Positions 46,606 to 56,304 of a stretch of 64,000 bases of DNA are shown one piece after another. Below the pieces are notes generated by a model. The model did no database searches. It was not told the DNA's origin and saw only the letters and a program-made list of their open reading frames with translations. Made by a program: the position numbers and the translations under genes. Each line of letters begins with the position of its first letter. Position 1 is the stretch's first letter. This stretch comes from a virus (lineage: Duplodnaviria; Caudoviricetes), in the IMG/VR virus record IMGVR_UViG_3300028591_000179, positions 1 to 64,000 of that record, one strand, 5' to 3'.

Positions 46606-46826
46606 TATGTATTTCTCCTTTCATTTAGTTCATAGGTTCCAGTAAAATCATTAGTATATACTACATTGAATTTAAATAACTTATCGTCTATTGTTTTCTT
46701 TAATGCTAAATCATTTGTTGACCAACCAGAAGATTCACCCCTATAGGTAATGTCTGTTAAAATTTTTACAACTGCTGCGTTTACAGATATTTCATCTTCA
46801 AGTCTTTTATGTGCTTGTCTAATCAT
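46605..46826 (-). CDS. Hypothetical protein
   Basis: GGAGG SD. Confidence 0.65.
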   Translation of the reverse strand: MIRQAHKRLEDEISVNAAVVKILTDITYRGESSGWSTNDLALKKTIDDKLFKFNVVYTNDFTGTYELNERRNT

Positions 46827-46835
46827 ATTAACCTC

Positions 46836-47066
46836 CTATATACTATATGTTTTAAGTAGTTTAGATGAAATAATTTCGCCTTCATCATCCACAGTATCTC
46901 TACTGATTTCGATAACAGAATGCATATCTTCTTCACCATTCGTTCTTATAAGTTCACGATAATAATCAACCTTATTTACAGCTTCTTCATAAGTATTACA
47001 TTCTGTACCATAAGTTATATCATGGTAATTATTAAAACAATTAATGGAATATTCAGTTTGGCTCAT
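46836..47066 (-). CDS. Acidic hypothetical protein
   Basis: GGAGG SD. Confidence 0.65.
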   Translation of the reverse strand: MSQTEYSINCFNNYHDITYGTECNTYEEAVNKVDYYRELIRTNGEEDMHSVIEISRDTVDDEGEIISSKLLKTYSI

Positions 47067-47256
47067 TATTATCCTCCGTTGTTTGAGATGTTTTTAAATT
47101 AAAAGCATTCACTGCTTCTTGTTTAGTATCAAAAGGTCCTAAGATCCATTTAAGATTTGGGTTTGTTAAATGATTAAAGATTAAACCTTCCCTATTATTA
47201 GCCCTAACTCTAAATACTTTTTCGTTAGTGGCATAATATTTAAAGTATTGGGTCAT
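47053..47256 (-). CDS. Hypothetical protein
   Basis: GGAG SD; 'GPFDTKQEA'. Confidence 0.6.
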   Translation of the reverse strand: MTQYFKYYATNEKVFRVRANNREGLIFNHLTNPNLKWILGPFDTKQEAVNAFNLKTSQTTEDNNEPN

Positions 47257-47275
47257 ATTTATTTCTCCTATTAAA

Positions 47276-47623
47276 CTAGTCTAAGATAATAACTGCGACT
47301 GTGCTAAATGGTTCAAAGAAATGGATAAAATCAAAATAATCAATACCTTCATCAACATCCATTCCATAATAAGTAACACAAGGATCTTCATCTTCTGATT
47401 CATGCTTTGTAAATACTGTTGCATGATTACGATCTGAAATATCATATTCGAAATCATCACATTCCTTTTCACTTACATGTATATAACCAGTTTCAATACC
47501 ATTTTTAAAACTTTTTAATACAAATTTAGTATCCTTTGATTTACTAAGTTCTTCTTCAATCTTTGCAATCTTTTCTTTAATTACATTTAATTCATCTAAA
47601 ATTCTATCATTATTCATTGCCAT
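47276..47623 (-). CDS. Acidic hypothetical protein
   Basis: Tiled ORF; N-terminal coiled coil. Confidence 0.65.
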   Translation of the reverse strand: MAMNNDRILDELNVIKEKIAKIEEELSKSKDTKFVLKSFKNGIETGYIHVSEKECDDFEYDISDRNHATVFTKHESEDEDPCVTYYGMDVDEGIDYFDFIHFFEPFSTVAVIILD

Positions 47624-47627
47624 TCTC

Positions 47628-47972
47628 CTATATAAAGTATTTTCTATTTATTTGAATTGGATAACCAAGTAACCTAATTAAACCAAATAAGTTATTTATT
47701 TCATCTTCGGAATAATATCTAAAGAGTATATTTTTAGTAAAACCTAAATCCAAATTTTCTTCTTCAAGTTTATCTAGGATACCTAATCTTTCATATGTAT
47801 CGTTATAAATTTCAAAGTAGTTTTGAGATGTTACTCTTTGTGATATATAAAACGCTCGTTTATTAATATCCCAATTAATATAGATATCTTGTTGAGTAGC
47901 TAATTTTATACATGCATAATAACAAACCTTATCATATTTGTTATCGGGATATATATGTAATCTTAATATCAT
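47628..47972 (-). CDS. Hypothetical protein (C-terminal motif family)
   Basis: 'DEINNLFGLIRLLGY'. Confidence 0.65.
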   Translation of the reverse strand: MILRLHIYPDNKYDKVCYYACIKLATQQDIYINWDINKRAFYISQRVTSQNYFEIYNDTYERLGILDKLEEENLDLGFTKNILFRYYSEDEINNLFGLIRLLGYPIQINRKYFI

Positions 47973-47987
47973 TATATTACTCCTAAC

Positions 47988-48021
47988 AAAAAGGGATGAG
48001 ATATAATTACAACCTCATCCC
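47988..48021 (-). terminator. Intrinsic terminator
   Basis: GGGATGAG/CTCATCCC stem with U tail on the minus strand. Confidence 0.7.
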
Positions 48022-48045
48022 AATAATTAAATTATCTATACTATA

Positions 48046-48456
48046 TTAAATAGATGCCTCTTTAAAATATAGTCTATCTCCATTGTTTAAGTCAAAATCA
48101 TATGATTGATTGTATCTTGCACAATTGACATAATTACTAAAGACCTTACCCATATTTTTAGTTTTACCAATGTGTTTAATATCACCAGTTGTATTATCTA
48201 CTACTTTAATATAGCCTGACTTATTATAATAGTATTTTACATTATCACGATTAATGTTTACGGCTCCAGTAAAATCAACAGTTTCTTTCCAATTTACTGT
48301 AGGTTTTTTAACAGTTTTATTGGTTACATCTTGAAGTTTCTCTACCTTGAAAAAGTTTTTAGCTCGACCTTTTTCATTCCAAAATTTAACTGCTTCATCT
48401 TCTGTATTAAACTTAACTACATTTTTATCATTATTCTTTTGAATTACTGCAAACAT
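48046..48456 (-). CDS. Hypothetical protein
   Basis: AAGGAG SD. Confidence 0.7.
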   Translation of the reverse strand: MFAVIQKNNDKNVVKFNTEDEAVKFWNEKGRAKNFFKVEKLQDVTNKTVKKPTVNWKETVDFTGAVNINRDNVKYYYNKSGYIKVVDNTTGDIKHIGKTKNMGKVFSNYVNCARYNQSYDFDLNNGDRLYFKEASI

Positions 48457-48473
48457 ATATTTTCTCCTTTAAA

Positions 48474-48926
48474 TTAATTGTTGATATCTTCAGTTGTTTC
48501 ATGTAATAATCTTACCTTAGAAAAGTCAAGATGATTATATGAATACGGACTTATATTATTTTTAACCTTAAAACCGGTTAAATTCATTTCTTTTTCTAAT
48601 TTTGGAAAAAGAACATCCTCATAATAATTTTTAATTAATTGCATTATTACATCTCGATTCAAACTAACATCACGACCATGGACATCTAAACCATATTCCT
48701 CAAGCTTTGTTTTTAAACCCGAACCAAGTTTATTTAACCAGAAGTCACTAGTTTTTCTTTGAATCTTAGCTTTAATAGTGCAATAAGCATCAGAATATAA
48801 ATTCTTGTATACACTTTTATCGTGTTCATTCCAAGATTTACGTTGTGATACATCTAATTTAAATAATCTACACTTATCAGCTAATAGATTATCAAATTCT
48901 TCTTTAAAAGCACCTTCAAATGCCAT
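48474..48926 (-). CDS. Hypothetical protein
   Basis: GGGAG SD. Confidence 0.7.
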   Translation of the reverse strand: MAFEGAFKEEFDNLLADKCRLFKLDVSQRKSWNEHDKSVYKNLYSDAYCTIKAKIQRKTSDFWLNKLGSGLKTKLEEYGLDVHGRDVSLNRDVIMQLIKNYYEDVLFPKLEKEMNLTGFKVKNNISPYSYNHLDFSKVRLLHETTEDINN

Positions 48927-48938
48927 ATTTATTCTCCC

Positions 48939-49208
48939 TTAATTACTTAATCTCTTCATAACTATTGGCATTATATCTTTTTGCCATTCGTTGTGATGTT
49001 GTTGAATTACTAAAAGCTCTTCTTCAGTAATATTATATTCTTCAACTAACCTTTGTTGAGCTTTATCTTTAATATTTTCAAAACCTTCTTCATCAGGATT
49101 ATTATTCATTAAGCTTGTTCCAACATTATTTAATTCATCAAAATAATGTTTAACCATATACTCAGCTTCTTTAATATATATTTCTTTTAATTTCTCTACA
49201 GAACGCAT
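48939..49208 (-). CDS. Hypothetical protein
   Basis: AAGGAG SD. Confidence 0.65.
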   Translation of the reverse strand: MRSVEKLKEIYIKEAEYMVKHYFDELNNVGTSLMNNNPDEEGFENIKDKAQQRLVEEYNITEEELLVIQQHHNEWQKDIMPIVMKRLSN

Positions 49209-49275
49209 TATTGTCTCCTTTCAATTTTTTCTAATATACTACTTTCTACAAATAGTAAAGCCATTTTTCTACAAT

Positions 49276-49710
49276 TTATTTTATATTAATTTCACTATTT
49301 TCATAAAACTGTTCGAAATTAAATTTATAAACCACATATGCTTTTTCATCTTGTGTACTCATAGGTAATGCCATAAGTCTAGCATATGCTTTCTGAGTTG
49401 ATAATAATTCGTTGCGTGAACCATCCCTAAATTCTTTTAAAGCAAAGAAACAATCAAGCATAAATGGAGGTAAGAATTGTTGAATTAATTTCTGTGTTGT
49501 ATAATCAAACTCATTAAAATACCATTGATTTAGTTTAATACATGATAAACATTTATCAGAAGGGAATGGTTCTGTTGTATCCCATTTTTTTATAACTTCA
49601 AGAAAAGTATTATGATTATTTGAAGTAGAAGGATATAAACTATTGTTTGTCTTTATATCAGATTCACCTTCAGCATTCATTAATACATCTAATATTTCCG
49701 TATTATTCAT
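49276..49710 (-). CDS. Hypothetical protein; start moved to the SD-led Met
   Basis: AAGGAG SD inside the end of the upstream gene. Confidence 0.6.
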   Translation of the reverse strand: MNNTEILDVLMNAEGESDIKTNNSLYPSTSNNHNTFLEVIKKWDTTEPFPSDKCLSCIKLNQWYFNEFDYTTQKLIQQFLPPFMLDCFFALKEFRDGSRNELLSTQKAYARLMALPMSTQDEKAYVVYKFNFEQFYENSEINIK

Positions 49711-50290
49711 CATCATCTCCTTGTATACTTTTTTCAAATAGTTTAACTTTACTTTTATATTTTCTACTTACTTGCCAATAATGTTTAACCAAACTTCTTT
49801 TATATAATCCTCCAGAAATTTTATCTAAACATTTAAAATATAAACTACAACAGATTGTATATTGATTTTCATCAGCATTCTTTTTCAGTTCTTTTAGTTT
49901 TATGTCATAAGCAGCTATAGCATCATTTCTATTCTCGTACGTACCTACTAATTCACCAGCTGCCACTAATTCATATTTTATTTTAACAAGAGGATTACAA
50001 TTATAACGGTCAGGACCAAATCTATTAATCAAATATTTAAGTGCTTTTAAATATGATATAAATTTTTCATTTGTTAAATAACCTACACTATAAATATCTT
50101 GATTACTAGTTGGATTAAATTCACGATATTTACGTTTTCTTATACTAAAGTCTTGAGCTATTTCAATCATATCACCATTGATTACAATAGCTGCTGTACC
50201 ATTATTTATCTGTCTATCCGAAGATACAAACAACCAATTATATTCTGCACAGGTATCTTGGATAACACTTAAACTTAAACTATCAATCAT
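49703..50290 (-). CDS. Hypothetical protein
   Basis: AAGGAG SD. Confidence 0.65.
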   Translation of the reverse strand: MIDSLSLSVIQDTCAEYNWLFVSSDRQINNGTAAIVINGDMIEIAQDFSIRKRKYREFNPTSNQDIYSVGYLTNEKFISYLKALKYLINRFGPDRYNCNPLVKIKYELVAAGELVGTYENRNDAIAAYDIKLKELKKNADENQYTICCSLYFKCLDKISGGLYKRSLVKHYWQVSRKYKSKVKLFEKSIQGDDDE

Positions 50291-50307
50291 CTGTATCTCC
50301 TTTCATT

Positions 50308-50664
50308 TTAACAAATAGATATTTTAACTTCCTTTTCAATTTTAACTTTAATTAATTCTTTAGGTAATTTATATACGTCGTGTAATTCTTCATAGCATTC
50401 TTGAATTAATAACACAAGATCTCTTGTAATATGTTTATATTTAGGATCGCTTATATTAGCATTTGTTTTTACACAGTATCTAATATATACATCATCCATT
50501 GCTTTAATCATTTCTTCAGGATTATCTCCTGATTGATAACGACCTAACATTGGATGTACACATAACATATTCCATATTCCTGAACGTCTGATTGATTCAT
50601 AAGCCCAATACATTTCTTGAGGAATACAAGTAGCTATAACACCATATTTACGTAACTTATCCAT
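50308..50664 (-). CDS. Hypothetical protein, DUF5049-like motif; start moved to MDKL
   Basis: 'YESIRRSGIWNM'; AAGGAG SD. The track start lies in a hairpin. Confidence 0.6.
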   Translation of the reverse strand: MDKLRKYGVIATCIPQEMYWAYESIRRSGIWNMLCVHPMLGRYQSGDNPEEMIKAMDDVYIRYCVKTNANISDPKYKHITRDLVLLIQECYEELHDVYKLPKELIKVKIEKEVKISIC

Positions 50665-50710
50665 TGTATACTCCTTATTACTTACTACCTGGGAGAATGC
50701 ACCTAATATG

Positions 50711-50746
50711 AAATGAGGACTGCTCAGGGGAACAATCCTCATTTTT
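50711..50746 (-). terminator. Hairpin or terminator after the vWA gene
   Basis: 12-bp ATGAGGA(C/T)TG stem. Confidence 0.6.
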
Positions 50747-50764
50747 ATTTAACCTTATTAAGTA

Positions 50765-52105
50765 CTAAGCATTTACATTAAACGGATAAACCTCAGACTT
50801 AATATATTTCGGTGGCACAAAATCATCATGACCCATACACATAAAGATACATGGACATGGACTTGTCTGTTCGGTATCACCATCTAATTCATCATAAAAA
50901 TCAGACATGATTATTAACAAATCAAGTTTATCACCTTTATACTTTTCATTAATAAATCTAAAGTTATCTTTCATATATGTTCCACCATCAGATTGATATG
51001 TAAACTTATATAAATCAGATTTATTCTGAGCAGTAAAAGTTCTGAATGTTTCAGGATGTACCTTTGTGCTGCAACACCATGCATCAACTTGAAACTGTTT
51101 AAACTGAGATAAAATTGTAAACAAATGATTCATCATCGTATGCAATTCATTATCACCAATCGAACCAGAAGTATCAACAGCTACACCAATGTGCATCTTA
51201 GGAACTCGTCCAGAAGAAGGTAAAATCAATTTATTTGCAATACCTGCACGACTCGGTCTATTCCAAGTATAATTATCTTTCATCCAACCACGAATATACT
51301 TTGTAAGAGCTCGTCTCCAATTAAATGGTTCTGGCTTAAATGTTCTTTCCAGTAATCTATCAATTGCTGATTGACCGACACCAGCTTCACGACCTCCAAA
51401 CACATCTGCCATCTTGGAAATAACTTCATTTCTTACTGTATCATTCATCATTGGAATATGATTATCAATACCAAAGCTTAAACCGTCAACATGATTTCCA
51501 TCACCTTTCTTATCATCAAAGGTAAATCCACCAGAAGACATGTTTTGTTGTTTTTGCTTGAATTCTTCATAAAGATCTTTGTATATATCTTCTGCAGACA
51601 TATCACAATACTTTGAATCATATAAAACCCATTCAGGCAACTTACCAACTTCAGCATGTTCTTGTCGACCCTGACTATTGGTTTTTTCATTATTATGTAA
51701 CAAACTATTAATCTCATAGTCTGTTGCCATATTCCAGAGTTGCCACTTATATTTTAATTCTTCAGAAGCTCCTCCTTTATATAAACCAATTTTTTCACCT
51801 CTGTCATATGTTAAACCCATAAGATGCATTAACTCATGACACAGAATAAACATCATTTCTTTTTTATGTATTGATCTATCGTAGGTTTTACCAGACTCAC
51901 CAACTTCAATTGGATCAGCATTATGTTTTTCTACAATAGCTTCATTAACATAAATACCTGTTCCATCAGTCCAAGCACATGCATCATGATTTTCATTATT
52001 TACAATTTGGACTCCAATACGTGTTATTAGACTAGCAAATACCGGAAAGTCTAATACTAAATCTATCAAAGCCTGTTCAACAATTTTTTCAGTCTCACTA
52101 GTCAT
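50765..52105 (-). CDS. DUF2201-type metallopeptidase-like domain plus vWA domain
   Basis: CHELMH (HExxH), 'NMATDYEIN', MIDAS-like 'VDTSGS', 'GGT', 'SD'. Confidence 0.88.
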   Translation of the reverse strand: MTSETEKIVEQALIDLVLDFPVFASLITRIGVQIVNNENHDACAWTDGTGIYVNEAIVEKHNADPIEVGESGKTYDRSIHKKEMMFILCHELMHLMGLTYDRGEKIGLYKGGASEELKYKWQLWNMATDYEINSLLHNNEKTNSQGRQEHAEVGKLPEWVLYDSKYCDMSAEDIYKDLYEEFKQKQQNMSSGGFTFDDKKGDGNHVDGLSFGIDNHIPMMNDTVRNEVISKMADVFGGREAGVGQSAIDRLLERTFKPEPFNWRRALTKYIRGWMKDNYTWNRPSRAGIANKLILPSSGRVPKMHIGVAVDTSGSIGDNELHTMMNHLFTILSQFKQFQVDAWCCSTKVHPETFRTFTAQNKSDLYKFTYQSDGGTYMKDNFRFINEKYKGDKLDLLIIMSDFYDELDGDTEQTSPCPCIFMCMGHDDFVPPKYIKSEVYPFNVNA

Positions 52106-52119
52106 TCTTTATTCTCCTT

Positions 52120-52509
52120 CTAATCGTCGTTGCTACCGTTAATTATATGTTCAAAGAATTTCTTCAATGCTTCAGAACCACCGCTATCTAAAGCATCTTG
52201 AATCATTTCTCTACGCTTTTCTTCAGAAGTATTATCCCAACCATTTGCTATAATTGCATCTGACTGGTGTTGAGCTTTTTCTTTTTCAGCTTTCAAATAC
52301 TCTTCTTTATCAAGGACTTCCATCTTGGATACATCCTCACCGTTTTCATTCTTAGCTTTATTGATATGTTCTTCAGCTAATTCTTTAGAAGAATATTCTG
52401 TTGCTAAATCAATATGACCTACACGTTCAACAGATACATATATATCAAATCTTTTTACATAATCTTCCATACGTAAAAAATGATCTTCTTCTTTTATTAT
52501 ATATGGCAT
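52120..52509 (-). CDS. Hypothetical protein between the AAA and vWA genes
   Basis: GAAAGG SD. Confidence 0.7.
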   Translation of the reverse strand: MPYIIKEEDHFLRMEDYVKRFDIYVSVERVGHIDLATEYSSKELAEEHINKAKNENGEDVSKMEVLDKEEYLKAEKEKAQHQSDAIIANGWDNTSEEKRREMIQDALDSGGSEALKKFFEHIINGSNDD

Positions 52510-52584
52510 AACATTTCCTTTCGCTTATTAATACAAGGGGATAACATTATTTCTAACATTATCCCCATTGACCTTAGTTAATCT

Positions 52585-53823
52585 TTAATTCTTTAAAGAC
52601 ATTGTAATTAACTTTACAAGTTCTGGTGCATCCATTACTGGATTGAATGTCTTAAGCTCTCCTTCCAATCTCTTTAAGCGAGACAGCTGAGTTATATTGA
52701 TAACCTTATTTGATACCTTTTGTAAATTCTTTGTTGCATTTACAAAGTTCAAACAATATTTTCTGCACAACTTACTGTCTGTTGTATTCGAGATAGTTGC
52801 CATACAAGCCATCTGAACTGCCCAGAATTGTTCAAGACTATTTTCATCACGGAAGTCTTTACCTTGTTCAAGAATTTCGTGCCAGTCTTGATATTTAGAT
52901 TTATCTTTAAGCCAAGTAAAGAACTTAGATGCCAAGGACAAACCTAAACGACCTGTGCAGTACATTTGTTTTTCCAACATCGAAAAACCACCAGATTGTT
53001 TCGTACCTTCAGGTAAAGCTAATACCTTACCAACAACTTCCCAAGATCTTGGAGTAACCGATACATCTGTAAACATTGCATCAGACAGATTACCAACTTT
53101 CTTTTTCATACCCTCACGATCAAATAACATATCCTGACCTTGAGTCTTTAAGAAAGTCATAACATCCAAATTGCCACCAGAATTCAATGAATAATCAATC
53201 CACGAATTAAAATCTGGCACAATATTAAAGTGCGTAAATCTGTTAGCCAATGGAATACTAAACTCTGTTACTGTATTATTATAAGCAGATGTATTCGCAG
53301 AACCGATGATCAAATATCCATCAGGTACTTTATAATCACCTAATGCACGATCTTGAATGAGTTGGAAAGCTGCATTCAAAATTGCAGCCTGACCTTGGTT
53401 CATTTCATCCAAGTGAATTACACCACCAGAAAATTCACCATTATTTTTTGGCCACATATTCGGAACAGCCCACATTGTCTGAGTTTCACCTTTTTCATTA
53501 GTGAAAGGCATCGGAATACCAATCATATCAACAGGTTCTTTCATCGACAATCTAACATCACATACATTCGGATTCCACGGCTTTACGTTTTCACCCTTTG
53601 CAATTCGTTTTTCATATTCACGAACCTTATCTGCATTCCATTGCTTTACCGATTGAGATTTACCAATTCCTGGACCACCCCATTGCATAACAGAATCGTT
53701 AATAGCTAATGCAATGTCATACATTCTTTTTACACCTGGAGTTTCTTTATTATCACTATCATACGTGCTGTCCAAAGTAAATTCCGGCATTAAAAACTTA
53801 TCTTGAATATCTGTTTTAACCAT
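52585..53823 (-). CDS. MoxR-like AAA+ ATPase
   Basis: WGGPGIGKS, 'DVRLS', LDEMNQ, 'NAAFQLI.DR.LG.Y..P', 'LANRF.H'. Confidence 0.9.
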   Translation of the reverse strand: MVKTDIQDKFLMPEFTLDSTYDSDNKETPGVKRMYDIALAINDSVMQWGGPGIGKSQSVKQWNADKVREYEKRIAKGENVKPWNPNVCDVRLSMKEPVDMIGIPMPFTNEKGETQTMWAVPNMWPKNNGEFSGGVIHLDEMNQGQAAILNAAFQLIQDRALGDYKVPDGYLIIGSANTSAYNNTVTEFSIPLANRFTHFNIVPDFNSWIDYSLNSGGNLDVMTFLKTQGQDMLFDREGMKKKVGNLSDAMFTDVSVTPRSWEVVGKVLALPEGTKQSGGFSMLEKQMYCTGRLGLSLASKFFTWLKDKSKYQDWHEILEQGKDFRDENSLEQFWAVQMACMATISNTTDSKLCRKYCLNFVNATKNLQKVSNKVINITQLSRLKRLEGELKTFNPVMDAPELVKLITMSLKN

Positions 53824-53874
53824 ATCATGTCTCCTTTTAAAAAATGGTTGTTATTATTACAGTTATTGGAATGA

Positions 53875-53907
53875 GGAAGGTAAGATCAACTGTATATCTT
53901 ACCTTCC
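53875..53907. other. Perfect 12-bp hairpin in the AAA gene leader
   Basis: GGAAGGTAAGAT/ATCTTACCTTCC; no U tail on the minus strand. Confidence 0.6.
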
Positions 53908-53919
53908 GTTAATTAAGAC

Positions 53920-54975
53920 CTAAGCAGTCAGTTCTTCAGCATTCTCCTCTGAGTCACTAAAACACTCAGGATACATTGCGCGGAAAATTAACTGATAATT
54001 GTATCCATAGAATTTAATCATGGTACTCATATCTGCTAATAAACCAGTCATTGCTTTACCTATATTTTCTCTTGAACATACAGCAGCTAATTGAAATAGC
54101 TTACGTATGGATCGAGGATATCTGAAAGTCATTTCGACTGATTCATTACCTGTTAATTCTTCATCAGGTTTTTTCATTTTATACAATCGTGCCGCAACAG
54201 CAGGATCTCGTTGTATAATTAAATCAAGATATTGCATATAACTAAAATCTACAGAAACAATTCTGCTCATAAAGTCTTCAACATCTGATTCAACAGGTTT
54301 ATACTGACTGATCCACTTTTTGCGATTTTCTTCAGACCAACCGTTTTCACAGAAAAACAATTCATCAAATAAATCGCAATCGACATTCCTCTTGATATAA
54401 TTATGAGACAGCTGCGAACTATCTGACCTAAACTTTGCAAGAATAATTTCTTTTGGAACAATATGCATAAGCTTATCTACATTTTCTATACTAGTACCAG
54501 ATAAATCCAAATATTCATAATTAATATCGTCGTAATCATCTGTGTTTAATAAGATTTCACTAAAACTAAGATTTGGTTTATTACCATATCTTGTTCTATT
54601 TTCAATCTTATTTTTAACTTCAGCCTGTAAAGCAGCTAAAGTATCTATTGGTGGTAGATAAAACAGAAAAGCTGAATCTCTTTCTGTTCCATAATGTTTA
54701 ATTGCCGCTTTTACATCTTTATTTGAATACGTTTCTGAAGATAACTGATTAACTACCATAAGAATCTTCATGATATGAGCCAGATATAACGAATAGCTAC
54801 AATCTGACATTATTTTATCATGTAATTCTTTTACAATATCTGCTGTAAAATTATCTGGTATTTCAACATGTTTAATACGACACGGAGCTTCTAAATCGAT
54901 CCAGTCAACATTTTCTCTAATGTATTCCAGACCAACTTGATCCAGACCATCTAAAAACTCTGTTAATGATTTCAT
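53920..54975 (-). CDS. Hypothetical protein
   Basis: GAGGAG SD; 351 aa. Confidence 0.75.
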   Translation of the reverse strand: MKSLTEFLDGLDQVGLEYIRENVDWIDLEAPCRIKHVEIPDNFTADIVKELHDKIMSDCSYSLYLAHIMKILMVVNQLSSETYSNKDVKAAIKHYGTERDSAFLFYLPPIDTLAALQAEVKNKIENRTRYGNKPNLSFSEILLNTDDYDDINYEYLDLSGTSIENVDKLMHIVPKEIILAKFRSDSSQLSHNYIKRNVDCDLFDELFFCENGWSEENRKKWISQYKPVESDVEDFMSRIVSVDFSYMQYLDLIIQRDPAVAARLYKMKKPDEELTGNESVEMTFRYPRSIRKLFQLAAVCSRENIGKAMTGLLADMSTMIKFYGYNYQLIFRAMYPECFSDSEENAEELTA

Positions 54976-54998
54976 GTCATTCTCCTCTAATTACAAGA

Positions 54999-55349
54999 TT
55001 AAAACAAACCTAAGATCTTCTTTTTAGTTTCATCTTCTCCTTTGGTTACAGCATAGTTTTCACAACTTACAGTACGATAAACTGATTTCTTTTTATATTG
55101 TTTCATCAGTTCCTCAACCTCAGGATGTTCTTTACACAATTTTTTAGTATCGGTAATATCTTTTTCTACAGTTGCTACAGCTACACAACCTACACCTTCA
55201 GCAATATATTTACCGTCGTCGATGTCATCTGTTACATACTCATCTTTCAAAGTATCGTATTTAGTACTTGCAACCTTTTTTACAGTAGCAGCTGATACCA
55301 ATTTTTTAATTTGATCTACAGTTAAACCTTTGTTTATATTTTTAAGCAT
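54999..55349 (-). CDS. Hypothetical protein
   Basis: AAGGAG SD. Confidence 0.7.
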   Translation of the reverse strand: MLKNINKGLTVDQIKKLVSAATVKKVASTKYDTLKDEYVTDDIDDGKYIAEGVGCVAVATVEKDITDTKKLCKEHPEVEELMKQYKKKSVYRTVSCENYAVTKGEDETKKKILGLF

Positions 55350-55375
55350 GATTGATCTCCTTTCGATTTCATGTG

Positions 55376-55463
55376 ATTAAAAACAAGAGGCTACAAGCGG
55401 TTTAAACTCATAGCCTCAGACCTTGATCATTTATACTCTGATCACGAGTTAAGTCTGTGGAGG
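55376..55463 (-). promoter_or_regulatory. Candidate terminator/antiterminator element
   Basis: Two overlapping, mutually exclusive stems; the downstream stem has a U tail. Confidence 0.5.
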
Positions 55464-55476
55464 TATGACTTATTCT

Positions 55477-55950
55477 TTAATATATATCACCTCTTTCCCA
55501 ACGCTCTTTTTCATCAGCATCTGCTTGAGCCTTGGTTACAGGTGGTACAGGAATTTCACCAGTTCTTTCTTGTAAAATTGCAATTTGTTTTAACGTTAAT
55601 CCGGTCATCATTTTTACATATTTTAAATAAACAGGTGCTCCGATATAACCAGAATGAAAGCACTTTACATATCGTCTTTCATCAACAGGTTTTATACCAT
55701 ATTCATCTGCTTCGTCCGTATCTAACTTAAGTGCTTGATTATACGCAGTTTCTTGCGCCTTCTCAATATTTCTTCTTGATAACCTAGATTTACGACTACT
55801 TAAATTATTCCATAATCTACGCTTTTCTTTTTCTGGATCATCAAACTTTTTACCTTCACGACCGTGTTGACGACCTAATATAACATCTAAGTCATCCAAT
55901 TCTTTTTGAATCTCTTCAATCGTGTAGTCTTTATATTTCTTTGTACTCAT
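55477..55950 (-). CDS. Hypothetical protein with a bZIP-like basic region
   Basis: 'KRRLWNNLSSRKSRLSRR'; AGGAG SD. Confidence 0.7.
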   Translation of the reverse strand: MSTKKYKDYTIEEIQKELDDLDVILGRQHGREGKKFDDPEKEKRRLWNNLSSRKSRLSRRNIEKAQETAYNQALKLDTDEADEYGIKPVDERRYVKCFHSGYIGAPVYLKYVKMMTGLTLKQIAILQERTGEIPVPPVTKAQADADEKERWERGDIY

Positions 55951-56058
55951 TTTTGTCTCCTGATTTATTTAAACAAAGTCAATATACATCTAAAAGTTTA
56001 ATAATGTACTAACAAACAAAATATTTTTTTAAGTTACGCACATCTTCTTCATTCTCCT

Positions 56059-56304
56059 TTAGATATTAAGTTGATCACAGCATTCTTCGTATAATGTACG
56101 ATTATATTTAGCTGCTTGTTTTAAAGTATCATAGAATGTTTTACTGTTAACTTGATTACTATTTCCAATAAACTGTAAATGATTATAATTACATTCATTA
56201 CTGTAACTTGGATCTAGATATAAAGTTAACAGTTTATTTTGTAATTCTAAACCAGATTTATTCTTATCTACAGGATATTCTTTAATTGCGTAATTTATCG
56301 GCAT
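56059..56304 (-). CDS. Hypothetical protein
   Basis: Tiled ORF. Confidence 0.5.
   Translation of the reverse strand: MPINYAIKEYPVDKNKSGLELQNKLLTLYLDPSYSNECNYNHLQFIGNSNQVNSKTFYDTLKQAAKYNRTLYEECCDQLNI

Noticed and set aside
56029-56052. 7-codon ORF MKKMCVT after an AAAGGAG
   Set aside because: SD spacing is poor for the first ATG and the peptide is too short to support; may be a gene remnant.
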